In this document: one piece after another, positions 20,554-32,082 of the stretch
How the letters are laid out: each line of letters starts with the position of its first letter
Position numbering within the stretch: the first letter of the stretch is position 1
Assembly (NCBI GenBank): GCA_963813025.1
Contig: CAWEXO010000013.1
Coordinates: forward strand, 128,001 to 192,000
DNA length: 64,000 nucleotides
Source of the DNA: an uncultured Verrucomicrobiae bacterium
GTDB taxonomy: Bacteria > Verrucomicrobiota > Verrucomicrobiia > Chthoniobacterales > JAFAMB01
Direction of reading: 5' to 3'
The notes under the pieces: model-generated
What the model was told of the DNA's origin: nothing
What the model saw: the letters and a program-made list of their open reading frames with translations, nothing else
The model's database searches: none
Made by a program: the position numbers and the translations under genes

Positions 20554-22239
20554 TTGAGCACCTCCGCTTTGCAGAACACGTCGGTCTGGTTGGCGTTACG
20601 CAACCGCGTTTTTACGGGTCTCTGGACGGTAAGCGTCATCTCGGGTTGCTGCATCGCTGCCCACGACACGGCGGCCACGTGGCTGATGAATGAATTGGGG
20701 GCGTCGCCCTTTTTGCTCTCGCTCATGGCGACGAGCGCCTCGTTGCCATTTTTTCTTCTCACGCTGCCCGCCGGCGCGTTTGCCGATCTGACAAATCGGC
20801 GAACACTTTTTGTCGTCAGTTATCTGTGGCTCGCGGCCGCCGCCGGACTTCTGGCGATCTGCACCTGGCTGAAGGTGGTTTCACCGTGGTTGATCCTGAC
20901 AACAGTTTTCTTGTTGGGTGTTGGCTTCGCCATCAATGCTCCCGTATGGGCTTCGGTCATTCCGGATATTGTTCGTCGCCGTGAACTGGCTTCCGCCGTC
21001 ACTCTCGGCGGAGTGCAGATGAACCTGGCGGGGATCATCGGCCCTGCGATCGGCGGTTTTCTGCTGTCATTTATCGGACCCGGCACCCTGTTTTTTTTCA
21101 ACTCGGTCGCGTTTCTCATTGCGGCCGGAACGATCGCGCGACGTTATCGCGATCGGCGGCGGCCTGCCGTCCATCTCGAGAATTTCCTGGAATCTTTTGC
21201 GACGGTCGCCCGCTACATTCGCTACACCCAGGGTATGCAGGTTATCGCGGCGCGAAACGCGATTTTCGCGTTCTTTATCTCGGTAGTTCCGGCGCTTGTT
21301 CCGGTGATCGCGTTCCATCGCCTCAATCTGCGGGCGAGCGAGCTGGGCATCGTCTTTACCGGTTTGGGAGTCGGCTCTTTGCTGGGAGCGACGGTCGTTC
21401 TGCCTTACTCCCGCGCCCGAGCGTCGCCGAACGCTTTAACGATCTTTGCCGGGATGATTCTCGTCGTGGTTTACCTCCTCTTGGAACTGGTGCGAGATGG
21501 CCGGGTATTTCCCTTGGTGGCGGTACTGGCGGGAATGAGCTGGGCGGTTTCGGCGACGGAGTTGTGGGTAGCCGGGCAACGAGCCATGCCGGCCTGGGCG
21601 CGCGGGCGGATGAACGCGGTCCATATGATGGTGTCTCAAGGGGGTGTGGCCCTGGGCGGTGTGATCTGGGGCTGGTCGGCGAATTCTTTGGGAATCGATC
21701 GAACCCTGCTCGGTGGGACCGTCCTGCTTTTTGCCAGCCTGCTTCTGGCGCTGCCATTATCGATCAATTTCGCCCAGCAACTTCAACTGGAACCGGCACC
21801 TCTCAGAGCACAACACGATTTTCCGGCTGAACCCGCGCTGCACGAAGGTCCGGTGGCAGTAACGATTGAGTTCAACATTCCACCGGAAAATCGCGAAAAA
21901 TTCCTGGAGATCATCGAAAAGGTGCGTCTGATTTTTCTCCGGAACGGAGCTTTTTCTTATCGCGTAGACGAAAACCTCGAAACGCCCGGCCGTTTTCGAA
22001 CAGAGATGTACGTCAGTTCATGGGCGGAGCATCTTCGGCAGCATGCGCGCATTACTCGCGAGGAAAATGATCTCTTTACAAGCATGTGGGCCCTGCACGT
22101 TGACGGCGTTGAGCCGTTAGTTCGGCATTATGTTGCCGCCAATCGCTCGGCGACGCCGCTCCTGTTCGGACATCCGAAATCAGGAGAGAGCGGCGCGACA
22201 GCAAAGGGAAACGGGGAGAGGAGTTCGGACAATCCTTGA
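20554..22239 (+). CDS. MFS transporter (MFS_3/DHA3-like, with C-terminal soluble domain)
   Basis: 12 TM-like segments, LPAGAFAD..NRR, C-terminal GPVAVTIEF..SWAEHLRQH.R. Confidence 0.88.
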   Translation: MSTSALQNTSVWLALRNRVFTGLWTVSVISGCCIAAHDTAATWLMNELGASPFLLSLMATSASLPFFLLTLPAGAFADLTNRRTLFVVSYLWLAAAAGLLAICTWLKVVSPWLILTTVFLLGVGFAINAPVWASVIPDIVRRRELASAVTLGGVQMNLAGIIGPAIGGFLLSFIGPGTLFFFNSVAFLIAAGTIARRYRDRRRPAVHLENFLESFATVARYIRYTQGMQVIAARNAIFAFFISVVPALVPVIAFHRLNLRASELGIVFTGLGVGSLLGATVVLPYSRARASPNALTIFAGMILVVVYLLLELVRDGRVFPLVAVLAGMSWAVSATELWVAGQRAMPAWARGRMNAVHMMVSQGGVALGGVIWGWSANSLGIDRTLLGGTVLLFASLLLALPLSINFAQQLQLEPAPLRAQHDFPAEPALHEGPVAVTIEFNIPPENREKFLEIIEKVRLIFLRNGAFSYRVDENLETPGRFRTEMYVSSWAEHLRQHARITREENDLFTSMWALHVDGVEPLVRHYVAANRSATPLLFGHPKSGESGATAKGNGERSSDNP

Positions 22240-22290
22240 TTGAAAGATGCCGCCGGAAGCTCCGCGAACTCCTCACGTCAAAAAAGCGGC

Positions 22291-23861
22291 CTACATCCGC
22301 AGTTCCTGATTGTTGGTTCCATCGAGAATCAGGAATTTTTCGTGGTGGTAGGTGGGATCTGTGCGGAAAGTCAGGCGGCCGGTATATTTGCGCTCGATTT
22401 CCACGAGCAGATCTTCGTCTTCGGTTCGGAGCCGGTTCAAGACTTCCGGGTGGACGATGACCCGCACGTCATGCACGTCCTGGTTTTTGCGCATGACGGT
22501 ATGCAGGGCGCGCTGGATTTCCACGCTCATGGTCATCGGGCTTTTCACAACTCCCGCGGCCATGGCAATAGGGGCAGGCAACAAACATCGAGCCGCTGAG
22601 ACTTTCCTGCGCGCGCTGCCGCGTCATTTCCATCAGGCCGAGAGCGGAAATCGGGAGGACGTGCGTTTTGGCTTTGTCGCGTTTCAAGGCGGTCCTTCAT
22701 CCGGTTGTAGACGAGTCTGCTGGTCCTTCCGGTTTTTCATGTCGATGAAATCGCCGATGATCAACCCGCCGATGTTGCGCAGCCGCAGCTGGCGCGCGAT
22801 TTCGTCCGCCGCTTCGAGATTGGTCTGCAGGATCGTCTTCTCGACGTCCTTGCCGCCTTTGTTGCGGCCGGTATTCACGTCGATGGCGATGAGCGCTTCG
22901 GTTTCGTCGATGACGATGTAGCCGCCGCACTTGAGCCAGACCTGGCGATGAAAGGCGTCGTCGATTTGCTTTTGCACGCCGAACCTTTCGAAGATCGGTG
23001 TCGGTTCGGTGTAATGAAAGATTCGATTTCGCGAGCGCTTGGAAATCTGCCCGACGAGCGACTGCATGCGTTCGACCGCACCGGCGTCATCGCAATAGAC
23101 AGCGTCGATTTCGTCGGTCAGAAAATCGCGCACGGTGCGTTCGATCAGGTCCGGCTCCTGAAAAAGCACGGCCGGCGCGGGCTCGGTCTTGAATAGCCTC
23201 TTCGATGTGTCGCCATTGTTCGAGCAGGAGGCCGAGGTCGCGCACGAAATAGCGGGCGCGCTGGCCTTCGCCGACGGTGCGGATGATGACGCCCATGCCC
23301 TCGGGGATATCGAGCTTCTGCAGGATTGTGCGCAGCCGCTCGCGCTCTTTCGGATCTTCGATTTTGCGCGAGATGCCGCTCTGGTCGCTGTGGGGCATGA
23401 GGACGAGATAACGTCCCGCGAGACTGATATTCGTCGTGATGCGCGGGCCCTTGTTGCTGATCGGCCCTTTCGTGACCTGCACGATGACTTCGGAGCCAAC
23501 CGGGTAGATCTCGGGCATGTCTTTGGCGGTGATCTTCTTCGTTGGCTTCGCGTTCGTTGCCGGTTGACTTCTTCGACGCCGCTATCGAGGCCCGGGAGTG
23601 CATCCCAGAAATGGAGAAAGGCGTTTTTCTCGAAGCCGATGTCGACGAACATGGCTTTCAGCCCATGCTCGATATTTTTGACTTTGCCTTTGAAGATGCT
23701 GCCGACGATGTTCCGATCGGTGTCGCGTTCGATGTTATATTCTTCGAGCACGCCGTCCTCGAGAAGGGCGACGCGCTCGTTCGAGTTTTTCGCAGCTGAT
23801 GATGAGTTGATTGCCCGTCTTTTTGGATTAGCCCCAGAAATTGCTTAACTTTTTCCAGCAT
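22291..23861 (-). pseudogene. rne: Ribonuclease E/G family gene split by about five or more frameshifts (likely consensus errors)
   Basis: Fragments in alternating frames: GSIFKGKV..AMFVDIG; VQVTKGPISNKGPRIT; IDETEAL.AIDVNTG..ARQLRLRNIGG; GLMEMTRQR..CPYCHGRG. Confidence 0.85.
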
Positions 23862-23895
23862 TGTACAGATTCCAAAAGAAAGTCCTGGTTTCCGG

Positions 23896-26156
23896 TCAGA
23901 AGAACAGGAAGTGTTTTTTCTTTGGTTGTTGATTTGGTTGCTGCGGCGATTGCTGGTTGCCTGTTCCGGTTTCGGCTTGTCTCCGGAAAAAATCGAAAAA
24001 GCTGTCGCCGCTGTGCTTGAGCCGGTTCGGGCTCGCGATGGTGGTTGATGAGTGTCCGCTTCCGCGCGGATATCCGGTTCTTCCTGGTGCGATCGGGAAG
24101 CATGGTGGGGAGGATTGGCGTGCCGTCGGAGACGTGGTCGGACGTTTCCTGGTCGACCGAAGCGTAATTGCGCTGGGGTACCGTGTTGTCTTTGAAGTTA
24201 ATCGCTTCGACAGGTTTAAAATTGCCGATCGCCGGATCCATCGGTTGTGGTCCGGGGTCATAGCCATGTGTCGAGACCGAGTGTTTCTTCGAGGATCTTC
24301 GAGGCCAGAGGCGCGGCAACGCCTCCGCCGGCTTTGCCGCCCTGAACCAGCACCGCCAAGGCGATCTTCGGGTGGTCATAAGGAGCGAAGGCGACGAACC
24401 AAGTATGATCATCTTTTTTTCCATCCCGCCAGAATTGAGCAGTTCCGGTTTTTCCGGCAACCTCGACTCCGGGAACCTGGGCTTTTCTCCGGTGCCGTCA
24501 GGTGCATTAACCACTCCCACATTCCTTTTCGCACCATCTCGATTTGTTCTTTGGACAAGATATTATCTTTCATCAGGTCGCCTCGGATTTTCGGCGGCCG
24601 GCGCACGATGTCCCGTCCGGCTGCTGAACCTGGTAGATCAGGCTTGGCTGGTAGGCTATTCCGCCATTTGCAACAGTCGCAGCAACCATCGCCATCTGGA
24701 GCGGACTTGCAAGAACGTAGCCTTGCCCAATGGAGGTATTAGCGGTCTGACCCTGGGTCCATTTTTCATTCTTGTTGATCTCCAGCCACTTCGGCGATGG
24801 TAGAATCCCGGGATCCTCGCCGCTGAGCTCGATCCCGGAAACCTGCCCCAATCCAAGAGTTGCTCCGACCTTGTCGATTGCATCAATCCCGGCGGCATTG
24901 CCATATTGGTAAAAATAGGCGTCACAAGAGTTCTTGATGGCCTCGACCAGAGTTTGCGGGCCATGATGACCACCTTTTTCCGCGATCCAGCAGCGCATGT
25001 AGGTGTTGCCATAGGTGACGCCCCCTGAGCAATAGAAGGCTGCTTTGGCGAGGCCGCGCGTCAAACCGGCCAGGGCCACGACAATTTTGTATGTTGACCC
25101 CGGGGCATAGGCGCTGATTGCCCGGTTGGTCAATGGGTCGGCATCGGCGTCTTTGATGCTCGCCCAATCAGCTGCCGAAATCGACGGGATAAACTTATTG
25201 GGATCAAATGAAGGCACCGATGCCATCGCCAGGATCTGGCCGTTATTCGGATCAACGACCACGCAAGCGCCTCTCCCGACCGATCGCATCGCGCGTTCGA
25301 CGATGTATTGGATCCGCGCATCGATCGTCAGGAAAACATTGGATCCGGGGTGGGATGAATGACTTCCTTGTCTCCTTCATACTGGTTTTTTGCGTTCTTC
25401 TTGATGATCCGTTTGCCGGGTTTGCCACGAAGTTCGTCATCCATGAAATACTCGATGTTGGTTCGGCCCTGCACATCGGGTTCATAGAAAGTAAAGTCTC
25501 GTATGTCGGGAAGTTTGTTGATGTCCTTGGGCGCGCCCGACATAGCCCAGAATCTGAGCGGCCAAAGCGTTGTAAACGTATTTGCGCACCGGCTTAACAT
25601 TGACCTGGACGCCAGGCAACCCGAGATCTTTTTCCGCAAACTTCGAAAAAGTAGCGAAGTCGAGATCTTCGCGATACGTGAAGGGCACCAGGTTATTGTT
25701 GCGAAAGTGTGCCCGGAGCCGTTGCGCATTGTACGGTTCCGCGACTTTGAGTTCCTGCAACCGAGGAACGATCGTCCGATCAACGATCTGTACGATATCG
25801 GGTTCCTTGCGATCGCGCAGATTGCCGAAAGAATCTTTGGCGTTGAACTCCAGCATCGGAGGTTCGCCAAATTGCTTTTTGTAACCGCTTACGAGGTCGG
25901 GCAGATAAAAGTCGACTTCATAGCTCGGCCGATTCGTCACCAGCACGACTCCGTTGCGATCCTTAATGTCTCCGCGCACGGCGGGGATTCGCACGGTGAC
26001 CTCCGAACTGCCCTGTATCCGGCTGCGGAAAGTACTATAAAGTTTAACCTGGACGAACCACAGCCGGACGCCCAGGGCCACTAGTGCCAGGACCATGAAG
26101 CCGGCCAGAAAAAGGATTCGGAAGTCGAGGATTGAGGGCTTCGAAACGCGGGCCAT
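23896..26156 (-). pseudogene. mrdA: Penicillin-binding protein 2, multiply frameshifted
   Basis: IPAVRGDIKDRNG, PGSTYK (SxxK), SCD, SIGQG, GKTGT motifs spread over several frames; follows mreD; 3' end approximate. Confidence 0.85.
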
Positions 26157-26236
26157 AAACGGTTAGCCAACTCGGATTTCGGGGGGCGTCCTGTTGGCTG
26201 CCGCCCAGCGGCAGGAACCCTCCACCAGCCGCTGCA

Positions 26237-26785
26237 TCAGCGAACACTTCCACTTAACCCGGGCCGGTAATTCAGCCAATGGGAGAGCGGCGTGAGAATA
26301 AAAAATACACACGGGTTGAGGAAGATCGAGAGAAGGCCAGGGCCAAAAATCCGCCATAGTATAACGTCACTAATAAAAAATTCACGTCGCGCAAAACTCA
26401 AAATCGCATATTCCGCAATCAAAATGACCGGCGTGAACAAGGCGCTCAGTTCCGCCAGCCAGAAATGAATTACCCAGCGATTGCGCAAGAAAAGAGGGCG
26501 AAATCCGTGCATGACCAAGCCCGGTAAGAACCAGATGAGCACCGACGTCCCTAAGGGAAAATCGCTGCGGGCCGGGTCGGGAAGGACCAGCAGGTCCTTA
26601 AGGAGACCAGTGAAAAGGGTAATACCCAGCACCAGCGGAAACGGGAAAGCGAGACAACTGTAAAAGTAGATCGCCGGCACGAGAAGGATTGACGCTCCTT
26701 TGAGCAATAAGAGGGGTGGTACGAATCGTTGGAACAGAAAAAAAACAAAGGTCAGAAAAAGAATCGCCGCGAAAAACCTGATCAT
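26237..26785 (-). CDS. mreD: Rod shape-determining protein MreD-like membrane protein
   Basis: Hydrophobic 182 aa with GLLKDL; located between mreC and mrdA. Confidence 0.7.
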   Translation of the reverse strand: MIRFFAAILFLTFVFFLFQRFVPPLLLLKGASILLVPAIYFYSCLAFPFPLVLGITLFTGLLKDLLVLPDPARSDFPLGTSVLIWFLPGLVMHGFRPLFLRNRWVIHFWLAELSALFTPVILIAEYAILSFARREFFISDVILWRIFGPGLLSIFLNPCVFFILTPLSHWLNYRPGLSGSVR

Positions 26786-27585
26786 CGTCCGCCCCGGATA
26801 ACAAAGACATCCTTGATGTCGGCCAAATCAACTGCTGGAGTGACCGTGGCGACTCCCTCGAGCTCTTTGACCGCGAAATCTTTCACCACTCCAACCAGGA
26901 CGCCGGAAGGAAATACTCCGCCTCTTCCCGCCGTTACGACACGCATTCCAGGCTTGATGTTCGCGGTCTTGCTGAGAAAACGGATACGAAGATCGGGGGC
27001 GTAATTGGAGGAAACCGGCGTTCCGCTAATGATGCCTTTTTCCTGTGTCCCTTCGATTTCGACGGAGACTCGCAAGCTCTCGTCGGAAATCAGCAGGACC
27101 CGGGAGATATCGCGGCTGACGCCAGTCAGTTTGCCGACCAGACCGGCTTCGGTTACGACAGCCATATCAGTCGCGAGTTCGTCCCGGGCGCCTCGATCAA
27201 TCGTACAGGTGTTCCACCAGGTCGCATTGTCCCGTGAGATGATCTCGGCTGGCGCTAGCTGGAAAGGGGATTGCTCCTGGAATCCGAGAGCGCGATTAAG
27301 CCGGTTGACTTCTCCCTCCAGGTTTTCAGAAGAGCATTCGTGGCGCGTAGCTGTTCGTTCTCGCGGCGCAGCCGCCGATTTTCGGCTTCCAGCACATCGT
27401 GCCGGCGCAGGCTTCCGCTGACGCCGCCAATCCGCTCCTGGACAAGTGCGCCTGCCCGCAAAACAGGGGAGATCGCTTGGAGAAGGCCGTTCTGCATGTG
27501 TTGTTTCAACGATTTTGGCAGCAGCAAAACAGCCGCTGCCAAGAAGCAAGAAGACGCCGAGGGCAATGATGTTACTGCTCCTCAT
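26782..27585 (-). CDS. mreC: Rod shape-determining protein MreC (two compensating frameshifts near the 5' end)
   Basis: TIDRG, GLVGK, VVTAGRGGVFPSGVLVG; coiled coil LEAENRRLRRENEQL lies in the alternate frame 27255-27566. Confidence 0.88.
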   Translation of the reverse strand: MRSSNIIALGVFLLLGSGCFAAAKIVETTHAERPSPSDLPCFAGRRTCPGADWRRQRKPAPARCAGSRKSAAAPRERTATRHECSSENLEGEVNRLNRALGFQEQSPFQLAPAEIISRDNATWWNTCTIDRGARDELATDMAVVTEAGLVGKLTGVSRDISRVLLISDESLRVSVEIEGTQEKGIISGTPVSSNYAPDLRIRFLSKTANIKPGMRVVTAGRGGVFPSGVLVGVVKDFAVKELEGVATVTPAVDLADIKDVFVIRGGR

Positions 27586-27599
27586 GAGAGGGCCGCTTT

Positions 27600-28634
<1,035 letters not shown>

Positions 28635-28844
28635 TCAAAGTCTACCTGATTTATTCTGTTGCCGTTTCAATCCCAGCCTCTAGCGGGTAAATCGTTTGCC
28701 GGCCCCTTGGCTCCGCGTTCAGGCCTGGGTCGGTAGAAGCCCTTGTATCTAGGTAGGCGTATGGTCATCGTCAAGGAAACATCGAAGCTTTGTGACTGGA
28801 CCGTCAATTGACTGAGCCCTGATCTGCTGCTCAGATCTCTAGCC

Positions 28845-29324
28845 ATGCTGATGGTTGGGATTATTACGATTTCGGATCGGGCGGCGGGGGGTACCTATGA
28901 GGATCTCAGCGGGCCGGCTCTGGCGGCCGTTGTCCGAAAATACGGCTGGGAGGTTCAGGCCGAGGCGCTGGTACCGGATGAGCTGGAGTCCATCCAGTCA
29001 GCAGTGCGATCTTTTGCCGCGCAGGGCTGCCAGCTTATCCTCACGACAGGCGGTACGGGGATTGCCCGGCGTGACATCACGCCTGAAGCAATACGTGGCA
29101 TTATGAGGGTCGAATTGCCGGGCTTCGGCGAGGTGATGCGCGCCGAGTCCATGAAGCTGACCCCGAATGCGATCTTGTCACGGAACCTGGCTGCTGTCGT
29201 GGATCAGGCTTTGGTCATTGCCTTGCCTGGCAAACCGCAAGGTGCTCTCGATTGCCTGAGCTTTGTGGCGGCGGCGATACCGCACGCCGCGAAAGTCGCG
29301 GCTGAGCTCCCGACGTCGTGCTAG
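28845..29324 (+). CDS. mog: Molybdopterin adenylyltransferase MogA/MoaB
   Basis: TISDR, DLSGP, TTGGTG..RDITPEA, LPGKP. Confidence 0.92.
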   Translation: MLMVGIITISDRAAGGTYEDLSGPALAAVVRKYGWEVQAEALVPDELESIQSAVRSFAAQGCQLILTTGGTGIARRDITPEAIRGIMRVELPGFGEVMRAESMKLTPNAILSRNLAAVVDQALVIALPGKPQGALDCLSFVAAAIPHAAKVAAELPTSC

Positions 29325-29334
29325 CCGGTGGGAG

Positions 29335-29382
29335 TGCCAGTGCCAATGTCAGTGTCAGTGTCAGTGTCAGTGCCAGTGTCAG
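29335..29382 (+). repeat. Hexamer tandem repeat (TGYCAG)x8
   Basis: Read directly; one unit is TGCCAA. Confidence 0.95.
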
Positions 29383-29397
29383 TCGGCTTATCGGACT

Positions 29398-30369
29398 TTG
29401 ACGCCAGTCCCCGAAGGGACTTCAGGACTCAGCGTCAGTGGAGCAGATCGATCTTGCCGTTGCAGAGCGCCCGTAGGCCGTGAATCGTGTCAGGCGAGCG
29501 TCAATGCACCGCCCTTCTGGAAGAAGGCCCTGGGCATTCTCGGAACCGTTTTCCTGCTCACCTACCTCACGGATCTGGTCGGGGCCGCCGTTGTCAGCGC
29601 TTTGGGCTGGGTCGGCTGCCAGCTGTTGCATCTTCCTTACCTCCTTTCGATTCCGCTTTGGTTTTCGGGTTACCTTTTTATTTACAACGTCGATAAAGTT
29701 TATCTGGACCCGGCGGACTCGGTGAACGTGCCACGGCGGGTTCAATGGGCAACGGTTTTACGACAAGTTCGCTTTGTTCTGATCGGGCTTTCCATTCTGG
29801 TACTCGCCAGCTGGCCCCTGCTTCAGGGACAGTGGTGGTTAAGCTTGGCGGTTTTCGGGCTTGGCGGCGCCCTTATTTTCTACTCACGGCCAATTCCCTG
29901 GCTCGGTTACCGAGTGAAGGATCTGCCGTTTGTGAAATCGCTTCTGGTCCCTCTGGTTATCGCGGCGGCGCTGATCGGTTTACCACTTCTGGAAAACCGC
30001 CGAATGCCGGGGCGCAGAGAACTTTTGGTTTTTTGCTGGTGTCTGGTCGTGCTGGCGATCAACAACTTGGTTTTCGATTATCGCGATATTGTCGGTAACC
30101 GGCTGCAGCGGACGCACACTCTGGCCTCTCAGTTGGGACCAATGGGCACCCGGCGTTTGTTTGGCGCACTGTGTTTTTGTCTTTTGACACTCACGACCGC
30201 GCTGGCTCTTGATAGAATCACGACCGCCGCGATGCCGCTGGTCTTGTTCTTCGGCTGTGGCTTTCTGGGCGTCGCCCTGTGTACCGCGAGAGATCCGCTC
30301 GTGTTGAGCCTGGCGGCTGATTTCCTCCTGTTTGCTCCCGCTATTGCGGAGCTGACCCGACATCATTGA
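29398..30369 (+). CDS. UbiA-family prenyltransferase-like membrane protein (start uncertain)
   Basis: YNVDK...D..N.P.R, YS.P...RVKDLPFVK, FDYRDIVGN motifs; many TM segments. Confidence 0.75.
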   Translation: MTPVPEGTSGLSVSGADRSCRCRAPVGRESCQASVNAPPFWKKALGILGTVFLLTYLTDLVGAAVVSALGWVGCQLLHLPYLLSIPLWFSGYLFIYNVDKVYLDPADSVNVPRRVQWATVLRQVRFVLIGLSILVLASWPLLQGQWWLSLAVFGLGGALIFYSRPIPWLGYRVKDLPFVKSLLVPLVIAAALIGLPLLENRRMPGRRELLVFCWCLVVLAINNLVFDYRDIVGNRLQRTHTLASQLGPMGTRRLFGALCFCLLTLTTALALDRITTAAMPLVLFFGCGFLGVALCTARDPLVLSLAADFLLFAPAIAELTRHH

Positions 30370-30384
30370 CACCAGCACTGAACC

Positions 30385-30453
30385 CTGACGCTGACACTGA
30401 CACTGTCACTGTCACTGTCACTGGCACTGGCACTGTCACTGGCACTGTCACTG
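30385..30453 (+). repeat. Hexamer tandem repeat (CTGDCA)x10-11, inverted relative to 29335-29382
   Basis: Read directly. Confidence 0.95.
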
Positions 30454-30502
30454 CCCCCCGCTCGCCGCTTGCGCTCAATTTTGCCGCGCCCTAAGATAGA
30501 CC

Positions 30503-31504
30503 GTGGAAGATCACTTCGGGCACCGCATCGATTATCTCCGTGTTTCCATTACAGATCGTTGCAACGAGCGGTGCCAGTATTGTATGCCGCAAGAGCTGCA
30601 GGAATGGCTCCCGCACACCGAAATTTTGACCTATGACGAGATCGCTCGGCTGTGTCAGGTCGCCGCTGGATTGGGCGTGCGGAAACTGCGCGTAACCGGA
30701 GGCGAACCGCTGACTCGCCGGGAGGTCTTGACGCTTTTTCAGCTGTTGAGCGAGATCAAAGGCATAGAAGAAATCGGCTTATCGACCAACGGATCGCTTT
30801 TAGGGAAAGAGGTTCGGCCTGGTACAACGATGGCTGAGGCGCTCCGTGGGTTTAAAATCAACAGCGTCAATATTTCCCTGGATACCCTTAATCCGGTCAA
30901 ATATCAACAGATCACCGGGCGCGATTTTCTGGAGCGAACACTGACCGGTATTCGCGCCGCCCAACGCGCCGGGTTTTCGCAAATCAAGTTGAATGCTGTG
31001 CTGATGCGGCATCGCAACGAAGACGATCTCGGGCGATTGGTGGAGTTTGCCCGCCGCGAAAAGCTGCTTCTGCGGTTTATTGAATTGATGCCGGTGACGA
31101 CAACGGAGGTTCTCACTGAGGAGAATTTCCTGCCCATCGCCGAGGCCCGCCGCGCGATTGAGAAACAGTTTGGCGACCTGGCGCCCGATCCCGATTTTCG
31201 AACCAATGGCCCGGCGATCTATCATCGGTTTCGTGATTACCCACAGAGAGTTGGTTTTATCGGCGCGATGACCAACCTTCATTTTTGCGAATCGTGCAAC
31301 AAGCTTCGGCTGACCTGTGACGGTAAGCTGCGACCGTGTTTGGGAAGTCACCTCGAGTTTGATATCAAGGCTCCTCTCCGGGCCGGCGCGACTGATGGAG
31401 AGTTGCGACGGTTTTTTTTGCAAGTGGTAGATCGCAAACCGCAACAGCACGATTTCCGGGACAACTATCAGCCAGGGCGAAAGATGGTAGCGATCGGAGG
31501 CTAG
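30503..31504 (+). CDS. moaA: GTP 3',8-cyclase
   Basis: YLRVSITDRCNERCQYC, TGGEP, FCESCNKLRLT...PCL, C-terminal IGG. Confidence 0.96.
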   Translation: MEDHFGHRIDYLRVSITDRCNERCQYCMPQELQEWLPHTEILTYDEIARLCQVAAGLGVRKLRVTGGEPLTRREVLTLFQLLSEIKGIEEIGLSTNGSLLGKEVRPGTTMAEALRGFKINSVNISLDTLNPVKYQQITGRDFLERTLTGIRAAQRAGFSQIKLNAVLMRHRNEDDLGRLVEFARREKLLLRFIELMPVTTTEVLTEENFLPIAEARRAIEKQFGDLAPDPDFRTNGPAIYHRFRDYPQRVGFIGAMTNLHFCESCNKLRLTCDGKLRPCLGSHLEFDIKAPLRAGATDGELRRFFLQVVDRKPQQHDFRDNYQPGRKMVAIGG

Positions 31505-31513
31505 AACTGCGCG

Positions 31514-31972
31514 ATGGGAGATAAGCTGACGCACGTCACGCCGGACGGCCGCGTCCAAATGGTCGATGTTTCGTCCAAGCCGCTCGTTCATCGGGTGGCC
31601 GTGGCGGAAGGATCGCTCACGATGCAGACTGCGACCCGAGCGCTGATCAGCGCTCACCAGATCGCCAAAGGCAATGTGCTGGCCACGGCGCAGATTGCCG
31701 CCATTCAAGCGATCAAACGCACCGATGAACTTATCCCGCTCTGCCATACGCTCCCGGTGCAACACGTTGAGCTCGATTTTGCGGAAAGCTCCTCCGGCTT
31801 GACCATTCGTTGCCGGGTAACGACGATCGCCGGCACGGGAGTGGAGATGGAAGCCCTCACCGGGGTGTGCATTGCCGCCCTGACAATCTATGACATGTGC
31901 AAGGCGGTAGATCAATCGATGGTTATCGGCTCCGTCCGCCTGATCTCAAAGACCAAAGAAACCGCCTCATAA
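31514..31972 (+). CDS. moaC: Cyclic pyranopterin monophosphate synthase
   Basis: MVDVS.K, LIPLCH, GVEMEALT, YDMCKAVD. Confidence 0.96.
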   Translation: MGDKLTHVTPDGRVQMVDVSSKPLVHRVAVAEGSLTMQTATRALISAHQIAKGNVLATAQIAAIQAIKRTDELIPLCHTLPVQHVELDFAESSSGLTIRCRVTTIAGTGVEMEALTGVCIAALTIYDMCKAVDQSMVIGSVRLISKTKETAS

Positions 31973-32082
31973 AAACCCTTATCCGGCCTGTTCTCTTTGT
32001 TCTATTGATCGCTCTGCCTGCTTTCTGCGGAAACTTGCTCTCACACCGTTGAACGTTCAGCGCTCCTCGTTGAACGTAGGCG

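Noticed and set aside
28635..28844. Possible Moco riboswitch upstream of mog
   Set aside because: I could not identify the conserved Moco-RNA stems or motifs by eye; an Rfam scan would settle it
29263..29397. CQCQCQ 'metal-binding' N-terminus of the UbiA-like ORF
   Set aside because: Translation of the hexamer repeat; this ORF start overlaps mog and is probably not used
30800..31915. 371-aa minus-strand ORF
   Set aside because: Antisense shadow of moaA/moaC
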